This document shows positions 46,935 through 57,033 of a stretch of 64,000 nucleotides of DNA, piece after piece (position 1 is the first letter of the stretch; the number at the start of each line of letters is the position of its first letter). Location: the IMG/VR virus record IMGVR_UViG_3300037504_000149, one strand, 5' to 3'. The stretch comes from a virus. Lineage: Duplodnaviria > Caudoviricetes. The position numbers and the translations under genes are program-made. The notes beneath the pieces are model-generated. The model did no database searches, was not told where the DNA came from, and was given only the letters and a program-made list of their open reading frames with translations.

Positions 46935-47510
46935 ATGTTCTCCGGTCATAAAAAAGATTACACAAACCTAGATATATATCAATTTAGGTATTATCCAGCG
47001 TATCACCAACAACTTATTAAGTGGTTTAATCAAGAAAATTCTTCAATGTTACGTGCTACTCTGCGTACTTTTGATCAGATTAGACAAGAATGGGCGTTGT
47101 ATAGTAGTTTACCTCAAACTCAAGGTACTACAATAGTAGAAAGATTATATCATAGGCAATACATATATACTAAAAAATATTTATTTTCAAGATTTAATAA
47201 TGATATAGCGCGTAAATTAAACTATGTCAATAATAAATGCTATAGAGAAAGTGTATGGAAACTATATGCGTTCCAAAAATCACTAACAGAAAAGAAATTG
47301 CATAGATTAAATAACTTTGAACGTAGACTAAATCACGAACGTCTAGCGGCTGAAGTCTATCGTGAGCTTGAAGAAGTAAACCCCTCACATCCTTTACTGG
47401 TAGTTAATGGTCATAGTGTATTTAAAGCAATACAACAATCTATGACAACTATAACTGAGATTATAGTTAAGTTAAAGGAAGAGTTGGAGGCTACAGATGA
47501 GTTGGTTTAA
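46935..47510 (+). CDS. hypothetical protein
   Basis: 191 aa ORF. Confidence 0.6.
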   Translation: MFSGHKKDYTNLDIYQFRYYPAYHQQLIKWFNQENSSMLRATLRTFDQIRQEWALYSSLPQTQGTTIVERLYHRQYIYTKKYLFSRFNNDIARKLNYVNNKCYRESVWKLYAFQKSLTEKKLHRLNNFERRLNHERLAAEVYRELEEVNPSHPLLVVNGHSVFKAIQQSMTTITEIIVKLKEELEATDELV

Positions 47511-47877
47511 CAAAACTAAAATAGAGATAATTGAGAGAGAACTACGGCATGCTCTGAAAAAGCGTCGTAAATATCCTCACCTAACACAAACAGCTATCGA
47601 TAAGGATTCTAGTAAGTATAGTTTCTATACGCGCTTAAGTACCTTTCTAGAACAGGAATTATTGTTAGCTAAATTGGAAATGGCGGATGATGTTATAAAT
47701 CTGAGGGAGAAGGTTAACAAGTGTGGTAAATGTGACACCAAGCCGGAGTTACATCACGCTGAAGGGTACTTTCAACTCATATGTCCTGTCTGCGGTAAAC
47801 GTACAAAACCATCCCATGTTAGGATGGTTGCGTTCCATCTTTGGGATAATGGACAATTTAGTCGCTTTGATAAATGA
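47497..47877 (+). CDS. protein with C-terminal Lar-like zinc ribbon
   Basis: CGKC...CPVCG...AFHLWD. Confidence 0.55.
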   Translation: MSWFNKTKIEIIERELRHALKKRRKYPHLTQTAIDKDSSKYSFYTRLSTFLEQELLLAKLEMADDVINLREKVNKCGKCDTKPELHHAEGYFQLICPVCGKRTKPSHVRMVAFHLWDNGQFSRFDK

Positions 47878-50338
47878 AGTAGGTACGAGAAGCTGTTACT
47901 CCTTCACGCTCGCGTATAGCGTCTTGGAGTTGGTTATATATTTCACGTATTACATGACCATCATAATATCTACCCAATTGATGTGATATAGCCGCAGATA
48001 AGTTCTGTAGGTAATTTACATCTAATCCTGATATTATACAAGGTAAATTACTACGAAAGACATCGTTAGATGCTTTTATGTCAATCAATTGACATTGTAA
48101 CAACATTTCTACTACTTCATTGTAGTTTGTTGTATTACCCCCAAATGCCTGTAGGAAGTCGTCGCAAGTAATTCCACTAATCAAATTATCTACTTTACTC
48201 TGTAGAGTATCTTGATTTATAAATTCTGTAAGAAAGTCTATAGCGAGTACAAGTAGATATATATTATCACTATCTTCTATACTACTAATCTGTGAGGGAG
48301 ATGGAGTGTATACTTTTTTACTTGCAGCTCTAAATAAAATAGGTATACTTGCAGGAACTCCAGCTAATTTCATATTAGAGACAGGTAGTTCTATATTTTG
48401 TATTGTTCCAAGTACAGTATCGGTACTTGGTGTAGTTTGAAAGAAAGTGTCTAAATCTACTTCTCTATCTCCGTCATCGGCAGATATTTGAACAGTAAAT
48501 GCAATATCGTCTGGTGTATTACCATATTCAGTTTCAATATCGTATACACCAGAATCATAAAGACGATCAAGTTTATCTATAATGTCAAATCCTGTCAGTA
48601 ATCTGTAAGAAAATTTAAATGAAGGATCAGTTAACATCTCTACTACTTGATTGCACGCATTATCTCTAATAGACTCATATGATCCGTCATCTTCCTCACG
48701 TGCATTTTTATAGTTATTATAAATATACTCCAACGCATCTCCATAATGCTCCGGCAAATTTTGTTCTACGTATTTCCAAGTTTCATGATGTAGTCCTGCA
48801 AATAGCGTGTATAAACTAGCGTCTATACCACCCTTAGTTTCAGATGGTAATGTAGAAAATACTCCTGCTGATCCTTTTATAATATCTGCTAACTCAACTA
48901 AACCGTCTATAGTTTCAGGTTGCTCGTGGGGGTCTCTATAAATGGTATGTTCAAAGTTTGGTGTAGAATCTAAAGATACGTTAAGTATAATCTTAGAAAA
49001 TAGGTGCGAAAGAGAGGTGGGTGATATATTTATCAACCTTCCGCAGTTTAAAAAAGCTGAAAGATGTTCATCGGTATCAATCGCATCTGAAATAATCATT
49101 TCGGTGTAACCAGGTAGATTGCCCTCGTGTTCACTAATATTTGTAAGCAATATATCATAGAATTCAGGATACTCTGCTAAGCGTTCCACCAAGCCCTCAT
49201 CCTCTAATATCGTGTCTGTATAGTCAACGTCTTGTAAGTAATCTAATAATGTATCATCAGATAATTCATAAAAGTCCATAGTTTCTTTTAGGTCAGGTGT
49301 AGGCGCGTCAGTGTATTCATCTAGTAAATCAGCAATATCTTGATCATCTATAGTGATAGGTGCATTTCTAGGATCGTGAAATTCATTTGTATCTGGAGAC
49401 CAAACTGCTATAAGCTCACTATTTTCGAATACTAAATATACGCCAGTTTCGGCATATCGTCTATTATGTGTTCTATTATTCGAGAAGCATAAATCAGAAC
49501 CTTGTGAAAAATACCATAGAGCTGCTTTGCTGGCTTCATCTTCACCTTGAACATAAATTATACGATAAGGATCGGGTACATTAAATTCTTTATAGCTGTC
49601 GGGTTGTGGTTCTACTCTAAATAAATCTATATCCATTAATGAGGCAATATCTTCACCAAACTTTTCAATAAAATCAGAAATTTTAACTGTACGTCCTGTA
49701 GGATCGATAATTACATCTCTACTATCTATGTATAAATAGTTACCTTCGTTAGATTCATAAACATGAACCATACCTTCGTCACCTAAATAATCATCCGCAA
49801 TTCCTGGCTTTCCTTTACACTTCCAACCAGTACCTCTACTAAAATATAGTAATGCGTCAATATTCTCTACACTAAATACACCATCTCCTAATTCCTCAAT
49901 ACCTTCTTCTATTAATCTTTGTTGTTCTTCTGATATAGATTCTCCTGTTTCACCTTGTGACGATGCATTCAAAGCAATTTCTTGTAACTGTAAAAGGTTA
50001 AATTGATTAATATCTTTAGGATTATCTATTTCTGGGTATAATTCATTTACATATTCTGCCCAAGCTGTCTTGTTTTTCATTTTATGGAAAAATTCTAATA
50101 CGTCTTTAATTTCTTCATTAGGTAGATCTAAACCACCCATGCTGTATACTTGCTTCAATAACCATAAAGTATAACTATAATCTTCACCAGTAGGATCAGT
50201 TGCATTAGCATCTAGAACTAACTGATGAGCTTCCTCTTCATCTAATCCCCGCTTCACTAAGATATTAGTTATATCTTCTTCGGGATTCTCAAATCGGCCT
50301 AAATAAATAAAATCAGATTCGTAGACAAATTTAATCAT
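47858..50338 (-). CDS. large acidic protein, possibly an internal virion protein
   Basis: 826 aa; DPT...Y..WLL and KDINQF motifs familiar from large-phage proteins; duplicated ALLYFSRGT/ALWYFSQGS module. Confidence 0.75.
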   Translation of the reverse strand: MIKFVYESDFIYLGRFENPEEDITNILVKRGLDEEEAHQLVLDANATDPTGEDYSYTLWLLKQVYSMGGLDLPNEEIKDVLEFFHKMKNKTAWAEYVNELYPEIDNPKDINQFNLLQLQEIALNASSQGETGESISEEQQRLIEEGIEELGDGVFSVENIDALLYFSRGTGWKCKGKPGIADDYLGDEGMVHVYESNEGNYLYIDSRDVIIDPTGRTVKISDFIEKFGEDIASLMDIDLFRVEPQPDSYKEFNVPDPYRIIYVQGEDEASKAALWYFSQGSDLCFSNNRTHNRRYAETGVYLVFENSELIAVWSPDTNEFHDPRNAPITIDDQDIADLLDEYTDAPTPDLKETMDFYELSDDTLLDYLQDVDYTDTILEDEGLVERLAEYPEFYDILLTNISEHEGNLPGYTEMIISDAIDTDEHLSAFLNCGRLINISPTSLSHLFSKIILNVSLDSTPNFEHTIYRDPHEQPETIDGLVELADIIKGSAGVFSTLPSETKGGIDASLYTLFAGLHHETWKYVEQNLPEHYGDALEYIYNNYKNAREEDDGSYESIRDNACNQVVEMLTDPSFKFSYRLLTGFDIIDKLDRLYDSGVYDIETEYGNTPDDIAFTVQISADDGDREVDLDTFFQTTPSTDTVLGTIQNIELPVSNMKLAGVPASIPILFRAASKKVYTPSPSQISSIEDSDNIYLLVLAIDFLTEFINQDTLQSKVDNLISGITCDDFLQAFGGNTTNYNEVVEMLLQCQLIDIKASNDVFRSNLPCIISGLDVNYLQNLSAAISHQLGRYYDGHVIREIYNQLQDAIREREGVTASRTYFIYQSD

Positions 50339-50420
50339 TGAAATTCCTTTAAAATTCTGCTATACTAGTGGCGTGGTCACGTAACAATTATACCATAAAA
50401 CACTTCACAAAAGGAACTTT

Positions 50421-50909
50421 ATGAGATTTTGGTCGGTGCATCCTTCGCTTCTTGACACTCCCCGTCTTAACGGGGTTTGGCGTGAAGGTCTTATGGGACT
50501 TAGAGTTCTAGAGAATTGGACACACGGAACTTCGGGAGGTTACCAACATCACCCTCAACTAGATCGTTTCAAAGCAACAGGGTTTCCTTTAGAGAGTTTG
50601 AGTCTATATTTGCATCATATTGCAGATGAAGCGGATAAGAGAAACTTTAACTATAACCGTAGTTTAATAGGTTATTGTCGAAAGACTTGTGAACTACGGT
50701 TAGAATATCAGTATCCTTTAACTGTGTACTTGGGGCAGCTTAAATACGAGCAGGCTCTGCTACAGTATAAGGGTGTTATCGTACTAAACGAAAACTTGCT
50801 AGAGCATCCTATGTTTATAGCAACAAACGATGACAGGATAGCAGACTGGGAACGTACTAAGCATCATGTCTTAGAGTTGATGAAAGGTCAGCGAAATGAA
50901 AACTGCTGA
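50421..50909 (+). CDS. pyrimidine dimer DNA glycosylase (T4 endonuclease V-like)
   Basis: MRFWSVHP..LD...L...WREGL...GYQHHPQLDRF. Confidence 0.8.
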   Translation: MRFWSVHPSLLDTPRLNGVWREGLMGLRVLENWTHGTSGGYQHHPQLDRFKATGFPLESLSLYLHHIADEADKRNFNYNRSLIGYCRKTCELRLEYQYPLTVYLGQLKYEQALLQYKGVIVLNENLLEHPMFIATNDDRIADWERTKHHVLELMKGQRNENC

Positions 50910-51405
50910 GAAGTTAGCTTTGCAATGTTTGCATCATTTGGGGTGGGCGGATCGAAGTACACTTAGTGATCATCTAACTAATATAGTAGGTGATGCTGGT
51001 TACGATCCGTATAATCGTTATCTTAAGGACGGCATAGAACCCTCTCCTTATAGTAGTGTTACTTACAATTCAGTTCGCTATCGTTTAAATAAGATGGAAG
51101 CAAAAGGATATGTAAAGTCAAAGAAATTACATAGTAGGAATGGTCCGACAAAGTATTACCACACTACACCTAAAGGTATTGAAGAAGCTGGTATTACAGA
51201 TCTACCAACTTATGAAACGATGGAGAAGGTTTTAGAAGATTCAGAATGGCTATGCACTGATTTGAAGATAACCTATTACACGGTTGAGTTTACTTTATGG
51301 GGACCGGAGCAGCTATCTAGTGACCTTCAAATATGGATGGAACTTTCTCGTGATGCGTTACAACCTTTACTTGCACGTTGGGCTAAAGAAGGTTTTAAGT
51401 TGTAA
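50896..51405 (+). CDS. winged-helix DNA-binding protein
   Basis: SVRYRLNKMEAKGYV...KYYHTTPKG. Confidence 0.65.
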   Translation: MKTAEKLALQCLHHLGWADRSTLSDHLTNIVGDAGYDPYNRYLKDGIEPSPYSSVTYNSVRYRLNKMEAKGYVKSKKLHSRNGPTKYYHTTPKGIEEAGITDLPTYETMEKVLEDSEWLCTDLKITYYTVEFTLWGPEQLSSDLQIWMELSRDALQPLLARWAKEGFKL

Positions 51406-51454
51406 GACAAAAGAAGTATACTTCAGTTAGAATAACAAATCACAAGGAGATAAA

Positions 51455-51718
51455 ATGGATAACAAGTCTAAGTCTAGAAATCATAAAGTTTGGCATATAA
51501 CTTCAGAGTGTAAAATTCCTTTAACTAAACTGCTTAATAAGTTAGGTTTTGCTGCATCTGTTTCGGAAGCTAGGAGACTTATACAACAAGGCGCTGTTAA
51601 ACTTAAGAATAAGGATAGTGAGAAGAAGATTAAAGATACTGATAAGCTTATTGCAAGCTGTGATATAGGCAGCATTATAAAAGTTGGTAGCCATCTAACA
51701 TGTAAATTAGAAAAATGA
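51455..51718 (+). CDS. stand-alone S4 RNA-binding domain (TyrRS C-terminal-like)
   Basis: LLNKLGFAASVSEARRLIQQGAVKL...IIKVG. Confidence 0.8.
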   Translation: MDNKSKSRNHKVWHITSECKIPLTKLLNKLGFAASVSEARRLIQQGAVKLKNKDSEKKIKDTDKLIASCDIGSIIKVGSHLTCKLEK

Positions 51719-52212
51719 TAGCTTGGAAAACATTAGAGGGACTTGACAGTGTTAATAGTGCTTGGTTGAAAGCAGCTATTAATAAGCTAGGTGGAGACGG
51801 TATAACTCTATTACAAGCTCGTAAAGCTTGTAAGGACGGAGTTTTTAACTTACTTGAAGTTGTTGAACTATACACAACAATAAACTATCCTAATAGGGAA
51901 TTAGCTTTAGGTAAGATGGTAGCTCATATACATCCTAAAATATCTACATACTATAAGAAGGAAGAAATCTATCATCACAATCAGAAGTGTCTTCTTAGCG
52001 GTAGATTAGAAGATATTGATGGGTCTGCTGCTGTTAAGGCTAGTAAAGCTGCCACTAAGGATGATGCTACTTACACTTGGACTGGTTGGGCTGTTAATTG
52101 GGCTTCTTATAGAGATGCTGGTGCCACTATGGCTGCTGGAATTACTATTTGGTCTGTTACTTGTGTAGAAGATTTAATTGACATCTACTTCAACGGTTTG
52201 GAGGAAGCATGA
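51715..52212 (+). CDS. Ala/Trp-variable paralogue family B, copy 1
   Basis: LGGDGITL.QARKACK.G...LIDIYF..LEE. Confidence 0.8.
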   Translation: MIAWKTLEGLDSVNSAWLKAAINKLGGDGITLLQARKACKDGVFNLLEVVELYTTINYPNRELALGKMVAHIHPKISTYYKKEEIYHHNQKCLLSGRLEDIDGSAAVKASKAATKDDATYTWTGWAVNWASYRDAGATMAAGITIWSVTCVEDLIDIYFNGLEEA

Positions 52213-52841
52213 GTAAGTTTATTACTTGGAAAAAGTTGAAAGATACGGACGGTATTTGTAATACTGGTTTAGGGGAAGTTATTGAGCAACTAGGCGGTAA
52301 AGGTATTACCCTACCTCAAGCTCGTAAAGCTTGTAAGGAGGGAGTATTTTCTTTACCTGATGCTGTTAGAGCAGCTACAGCAATAAAGCTACCTAACTGG
52401 AAACTAGCTTTGGGAAAGGTAGTAGCATTCGTACATCCTAAAGCTAAAAAATACTATAAACATAAAGATGCTTATCTCCATAACCAGAATGTTCTTGAGA
52501 GCGGTAGAATAGAAGATGTAGATGGGGCTGCTGCTGATGCTGCTTGGGCTGCTGCTGAGGCCGCTGGAAAGGAGGATGCTGCTGCTTTTGCTGATAATGC
52601 TACAGATGAGGCCACTGGGGAGGAGGATGCTGCTGATAGAGCTGCTGCTTGGGCTGCTGATGCTGTTGAGGCTGCTGCTAGAGCTGCTGCTTGGGCTGCT
52701 GATGCTGCGCATGCTGCCAGGGATGCTGATGCTGTTGATGTTGATCTGGCTGCTGATGCTGCTGCTTGGGCTACTAGGGCTGATAGGACTAATGTAAATA
52801 ACCTTATCGATATCTACTTCAACGTTTTGGAGGAAAAGTGA
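52209..52841 (+). CDS. family B, copy 2
   Basis: Same frame; longest Ala-rich insert. Confidence 0.85.
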   Translation: MSKFITWKKLKDTDGICNTGLGEVIEQLGGKGITLPQARKACKEGVFSLPDAVRAATAIKLPNWKLALGKVVAFVHPKAKKYYKHKDAYLHNQNVLESGRIEDVDGAAADAAWAAAEAAGKEDAAAFADNATDEATGEEDAADRAAAWAADAVEAAARAAAWAADAAHAARDADAVDVDLAADAAAWATRADRTNVNNLIDIYFNVLEEK

Positions 52842-53161
52842 ACCAGATATACGAAATATATCCTTACCGAACTGCCTCTGGTTGGGCCTTTGATGATGGA
52901 GCAGTGGGATTACATCATGAACCTTTTGTAGCAGGAATTCCTGCAATGATTGACTCTGTTGCAGGGGGACGAGATAATATCACTATTCGGTTTTCTAGTG
53001 ACCCTTTTCCCAATTATACCTTACACCTTAGTCGTGTACGATTAGAATACGGCGGTGCGTGGTATAAGTTAGAGGGAAGTGATATGGAGGGGTGGTTGTG
53101 TCCAGCATTACTTAAGTATTTTGCTGAGCCTCCAAAACATATATACGCAGAGATTCTATAA
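52838..53161 (+). CDS. DUF6717-like protein
   Basis: WAFDD...GL..EPFVAGI...GWLCPALLKYF. Confidence 0.7.
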   Translation: MNQIYEIYPYRTASGWAFDDGAVGLHHEPFVAGIPAMIDSVAGGRDNITIRFSSDPFPNYTLHLSRVRLEYGGAWYKLEGSDMEGWLCPALLKYFAEPPKHIYAEIL

Positions 53162-53186
53162 AGATTAACAATTATAGGGGATTATT

Positions 53187-53432
53187 ATGGCTATATGGAT
53201 ATGTACTAATTGCGAAGAAACACGTGAGACAAGTTTAGACGATGGATTGTTTTATGTCTCTTGTACAACCTGTGGGTTAATACACGAACTACATATTGAT
53301 CAAGGTGAAATGATATCTGTAGAACCACTCAAAGGTTTAAGGCTACTTAAAGAAAATACTTATGATGTACCGGGGTGGAAACATCGAGGTCGTGCATGTC
53401 AGGAGTCATATGTTAAATGGGATGATGATTAG
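53187..53432 (+). CDS. small zinc-ribbon protein
   Basis: CTNC...CTTC. Confidence 0.6.
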   Translation: MAIWICTNCEETRETSLDDGLFYVSCTTCGLIHELHIDQGEMISVEPLKGLRLLKENTYDVPGWKHRGRACQESYVKWDDD

Positions 53433-53638
53433 GAGTTTAGGTTTAACTAAAACCTGTACCTACTTTAACGTCTTGAGGAAACCATGCATAAGGATATGTG
53501 GGAAAAGTTAATAAAGGACGATTTAGACGCGGCTTTAGATGCGGCTGCTGACGTTGCTTGGGTTGCTGACGTTGCCGCTATGCCTGCTGTTATTCTGGCT
53601 GCGCGAGCCGTCTTTGTTGAGGTTGTGGGGGAGGATGT

Positions 53639-53719
53639 ATGAAACTTTGGTCTTTACATCCATCTTTATTAGACCAGCCACGGCTGTGCCTCTTGAACAC
53701 AATTAGTTTATTACACTAA
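53639..53719 (+). pseudogene. N-terminal remnant of a second pyrimidine dimer glycosylase
   Basis: MKLWSLHPSLLDQPRL vs MRFWSVHPSLLDTPRL at 50421. Confidence 0.65.
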
Positions 53720-53727
53720 CAAGGTAG

Positions 53728-54099
53728 GTGGTCTGTGAGGTAAATCAGTATTTTGATAATGCTGATTTGCTTGAGGTTTCAGGTCAAAATATCGTAAATG
53801 CCACAGCACGGCCAGATACTGGTGCGTTCCATTTCTGGTTTGATGCGTGGGGAGACAACACAGAAACAGTCCATCTTACTGTTAACTGGGATGGTACAGT
53901 GCCAGCTTGGGCTAATGCTCCTATGGGGCCTTGTCCTTTTGAAGATATTGAGGAACCTACTAACACAGACCTTATTGAGTGGTATACTTTTTACTCCAGC
54001 TTTGGTGATGATGAGATGGAGTTTTGTATTCACCACATGGTTAACGACTCACTTTCTATTAGTCTAGGAGATTCACCGTCGGTAGTTGTTTCTTTCTAA
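53728..54099 (+). CDS. acidic hypothetical protein
   Basis: 123 aa, GTG start. Confidence 0.5.
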   Translation: MVCEVNQYFDNADLLEVSGQNIVNATARPDTGAFHFWFDAWGDNTETVHLTVNWDGTVPAWANAPMGPCPFEDIEEPTNTDLIEWYTFYSSFGDDEMEFCIHHMVNDSLSISLGDSPSVVVSF

Positions 54100-54110
54100 A
54101 AGGAGATATC

Positions 54111-54299
54111 ATGGGACAAAAACTGAAAGAGATATACGATTTTGTTAGGGATAGGGGAAAGTTTATTGATGTTATGCGCCTAGCAATGGTTACCAAGATA
54201 ACTCGACCAGAGGCGATGGAAATCCCCGATGATCCAGACATGGTTTCCAAGGTTCGGATGGCGGCAATGTTTATCCTCGAAACCGATGACATTCCTTAA
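54111..54299 (+). CDS. small hypothetical protein
   Basis: MGQKL...MRLAM.TKI...PD.P; AAGGAG RBS. Confidence 0.65.
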   Translation: MGQKLKEIYDFVRDRGKFIDVMRLAMVTKITRPEAMEIPDDPDMVSKVRMAAMFILETDDIP

Positions 54300-54382
54300 A
54301 CATCACAAAAGGAGATAACGATGAAGGCAGGTAAAGAATACAAGAAGTGGGGATGGAGCTTTGTAGAAAACAAAAGGGACAT

Positions 54383-54886
54383 ATGATTACACACACAACC
54401 GGGGATATTCTCCAGGATGAAGCCGAGGCCATTATCAACACCGTCAACTGTGTCGGGGTGATGGGGCGCGGTCTTGCGCTGCAATTTAAGAAGGCTTTTC
54501 CATTAAACTTCAAAGCCTATGCTATCGCCTGCAAGCAAGACAAGGTGCAGCCGGGTAGGATGTTCGTCTATCACAACAAGGGCCTTTCTAGTCCGCGATA
54601 CATTATCAACTTCCCGACTAAACGCCACTGGCGGGACAAGAGCCTCATGGAGGATGTTGAAGCGGGGCTGGAGGATCTGGTCAGAGTTATCCGTGAGAAG
54701 GATATCAAGTCCATCGCGCTTCCAGCGCTTGGCTGCGGTCTTGGGGGATTGGATTGGAGCGAGGTGAAGGCCCATATCGAACAGGCGCTTGCACCTTTGG
54801 CTGACATAGAAATCAACGTATACGAACCAAAGGGCGCTCCCGCTTCGGAGAAGATGGTGCGTAACCGCGAAGTGCCAATGCCGTAG
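54383..54886 (+). CDS. DarG-like macrodomain (ADP-ribosyl glycohydrolase), N-terminal domain only
   Basis: GDIL..EAEAIINTVNCVGVMGRGLALQFK, INFPTKRHW, PALGCGLGGLDW. Confidence 0.9.
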   Translation: MITHTTGDILQDEAEAIINTVNCVGVMGRGLALQFKKAFPLNFKAYAIACKQDKVQPGRMFVYHNKGLSSPRYIINFPTKRHWRDKSLMEDVEAGLEDLVRVIREKDIKSIALPALGCGLGGLDWSEVKAHIEQALAPLADIEINVYEPKGAPASEKMVRNREVPMP

Positions 54887-54928
54887 ATAACATTATCGAC
54901 ATCTACTTTGATGCTTTGGAGGAAAAGC

Positions 54929-55447
54929 ATGAGTAAGGTACTCTGGAAAAAACTAAGAAAAACTGAAGGTATCTGCTCTGAAGGATTAAAAGATGTTATC
55001 TCTAAATTAGGGGGAAATGGTATTACCCTATCTCAAGCTCGTGAAGCTTGTAAAGAGGGTATCTTTTCTTTCCCTGATGCTGCTAGAGCAGCTACAATAT
55101 TAAAGCTTCCTAACCATAAACTAGCTTTGGGGAAGGTGGTAGCTCATATCCATCCTAAAGCTAAGGATTATTATGACGATGATGCTGTCTATCTACAGAA
55201 TCAAAAATCCCTCGAAGAGGGCAGGTTAGAAACTGTAGCTGCTGATGCTGCTACTTGGGCTGCTGCTAGGGCTGCTTGGGGTGCTAGGGCTGCTGCTAGG
55301 GCTGCTGAGGCTGCTGAGGATGCTGCTAGGGCTGCTACTGTTGGGGCTGCTGCTACTGTTGGGGCTGCTGCTGCTGTTGGGGCTGCTGATGATGTAGCTG
55401 ACCTTATAGACATCTACTTTGATGCTTTGGAGGGTAACCATGAGTGA
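54929..55447 (+). CDS. family B, copy 3
   Basis: Conserved N-terminal domain and LIDIYFDALE end. Confidence 0.85.
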   Translation: MSKVLWKKLRKTEGICSEGLKDVISKLGGNGITLSQAREACKEGIFSFPDAARAATILKLPNHKLALGKVVAHIHPKAKDYYDDDAVYLQNQKSLEEGRLETVAADAATWAAARAAWGARAAARAAEAAEDAARAATVGAAATVGAAAAVGAADDVADLIDIYFDALEGNHE

Positions 55448-55970
55448 TCTTATACCTTGGCAAGCAATGAAAGATGCAGATGGTATTTGCAATACCGGTT
55501 TAGAGAAAGTAATTTCTAAACTGGGCGGTAAAGGTATTACCTTATCTCAAGCTCGTAAAGCTTGTAAGGAGGGGGTCTTTCCTTTATGGTATGCTGTTAT
55601 AGCAGCTACAGCACTGGAATTACCTAACTGGGAACTAGCTTTGGGAAAGGTAGTAGCATTCGTACATCCTAAAGCTAAAAAATACTATACACATAAAGAT
55701 GCTTATCGCCATAACCAGAAAGCTTTGGAGGAGGGTAGATTAGCTGATGTAGATAGAAATGCTGCTCATCAGGCTGCTGTTAGGGTTGCTGATTGGGCTG
55801 CTCGGGTTGCTGATTGGGCTGCTGCTAAGGCTGCTCGGGTTGCTGATGCTGCTGTGGATGCTACTTGGGCTGCTGAGGCCGCTGCTCTGCTGCTGCTTTA
55901 TTGGGCTGCTGGTTGGGATACTGTAAATGATCTCATTGATATTTACTTTGACGCTTTGGAGGAAGCATGA
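55440..55970 (+). CDS. family B, copy 4
   Basis: Conserved N-terminal domain and LIDIYFDALEE end. Confidence 0.85.
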   Translation: MSDLIPWQAMKDADGICNTGLEKVISKLGGKGITLSQARKACKEGVFPLWYAVIAATALELPNWELALGKVVAFVHPKAKKYYTHKDAYRHNQKALEEGRLADVDRNAAHQAAVRVADWAARVADWAAAKAARVADAAVDATWAAEAAALLLLYWAAGWDTVNDLIDIYFDALEEA

Positions 55971-56521
55971 GCAGGTTCATATCTTGGAAAGAGCTAAGAA
56001 AAACCGTTGGTATCTGCTCTGGCGGTTTAGAGAAAGTTATTAATAAATTAGGCGGTAAAGGTATTACCCTATCTCAGGCTCGTAAAGCCTGCAAGGAGGG
56101 TATTTTTACTTTCTCTGATGCTGTAAGGTTCGCTACAACATTAAAATTACCCAACTGGAAATTAGCTTTAGGGGAGATGGTAGCTCATGTCCACCCTAAA
56201 GCTAAGGATTATTATAAAGATGGAAAAAGATATCTTCGTAATCAGGAAGCCCTTGAACGAGGTAAGCTAGAGTATATAAATAAAAAGGCTGCTAAACAGG
56301 CTGCTAAACAGGCTGCTAAACAGGCTGATGAGACTGCTTATTGGGCTGCTGATGCTACTTGGACTGCTGAAGCTGCTTGGACTGCTGAAGCTGCTTGGGC
56401 TGCTGAAGCTGCTTGGGATGCTGCTAAAGCTGCTTGGGCTGCTGCTAAGGCTGCTAAGGCTGCTGGTGGTGGTGTAGATGACCTTATCGATATCTATTTT
56501 GATGTTTTGGAGGAAGCATGA
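55967..56521 (+). CDS. family B, copy 5
   Basis: Conserved N-terminal domain and LIDIYFDVLEE end; ATGA coupling. Confidence 0.85.
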   Translation: MSRFISWKELRKTVGICSGGLEKVINKLGGKGITLSQARKACKEGIFTFSDAVRFATTLKLPNWKLALGEMVAHVHPKAKDYYKDGKRYLRNQEALERGKLEYINKKAAKQAAKQAAKQADETAYWAADATWTAEAAWTAEAAWAAEAAWDAAKAAWAAAKAAKAAGGGVDDLIDIYFDVLEEA

Positions 56522-57033
56522 GCAGGTTCATATCTTGGAAAGCAATGAAGGATACGGACGGCATCTGTAATATTGATTTAGAGGAAGTTATTGAAAAACT
56601 AGGAGGAGATGGGATAACGTTATCTCAAGCTCGAAGAGCCTGCAAGGAGGGTATCTTTTATTTCCCTAATGCTGTTAGAGCAGCTACAGCATTAGAGCTA
56701 CCTAATTGGGAAAAGGCTTTGGGGAAGGCTGTAGCTCATGTCCATCCTAAAGCAAAAGATTATTACGAAGATGAAGAAGCCTATCTCCATAACCAGAAAG
56801 CGTTGGAGGAGGGTAGATTAGAAGATGTAGACAGGGCTGCTGCTCGGGCTGCTGCTAATGCTGCTGGGGCTGCTGAGGCTGATTGGGCTACTTGGGCTGC
56901 TGCTGCTACTAAGGCTGCTTGGGATGCTGCTGAGGCTGCTGCGGCTACTTGGACTGCTTGGGCTGCTGCTGTGGCTGTTGACGACGTAAATGATCTTATC
57001 GATATCTATTTTGATGTATTGGAGGAAGCATGA
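56518..57033 (+). CDS. family B, copy 6
   Basis: Conserved N-terminal domain and LIDIYFDVLEE end; ATGA coupling. Confidence 0.85.
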   Translation: MSRFISWKAMKDTDGICNIDLEEVIEKLGGDGITLSQARRACKEGIFYFPNAVRAATALELPNWEKALGKAVAHVHPKAKDYYEDEEAYLHNQKALEEGRLEDVDRAAARAAANAAGAAEADWATWAAAATKAAWDAAEAAAATWTAWAAAVAVDDVNDLIDIYFDVLEEA

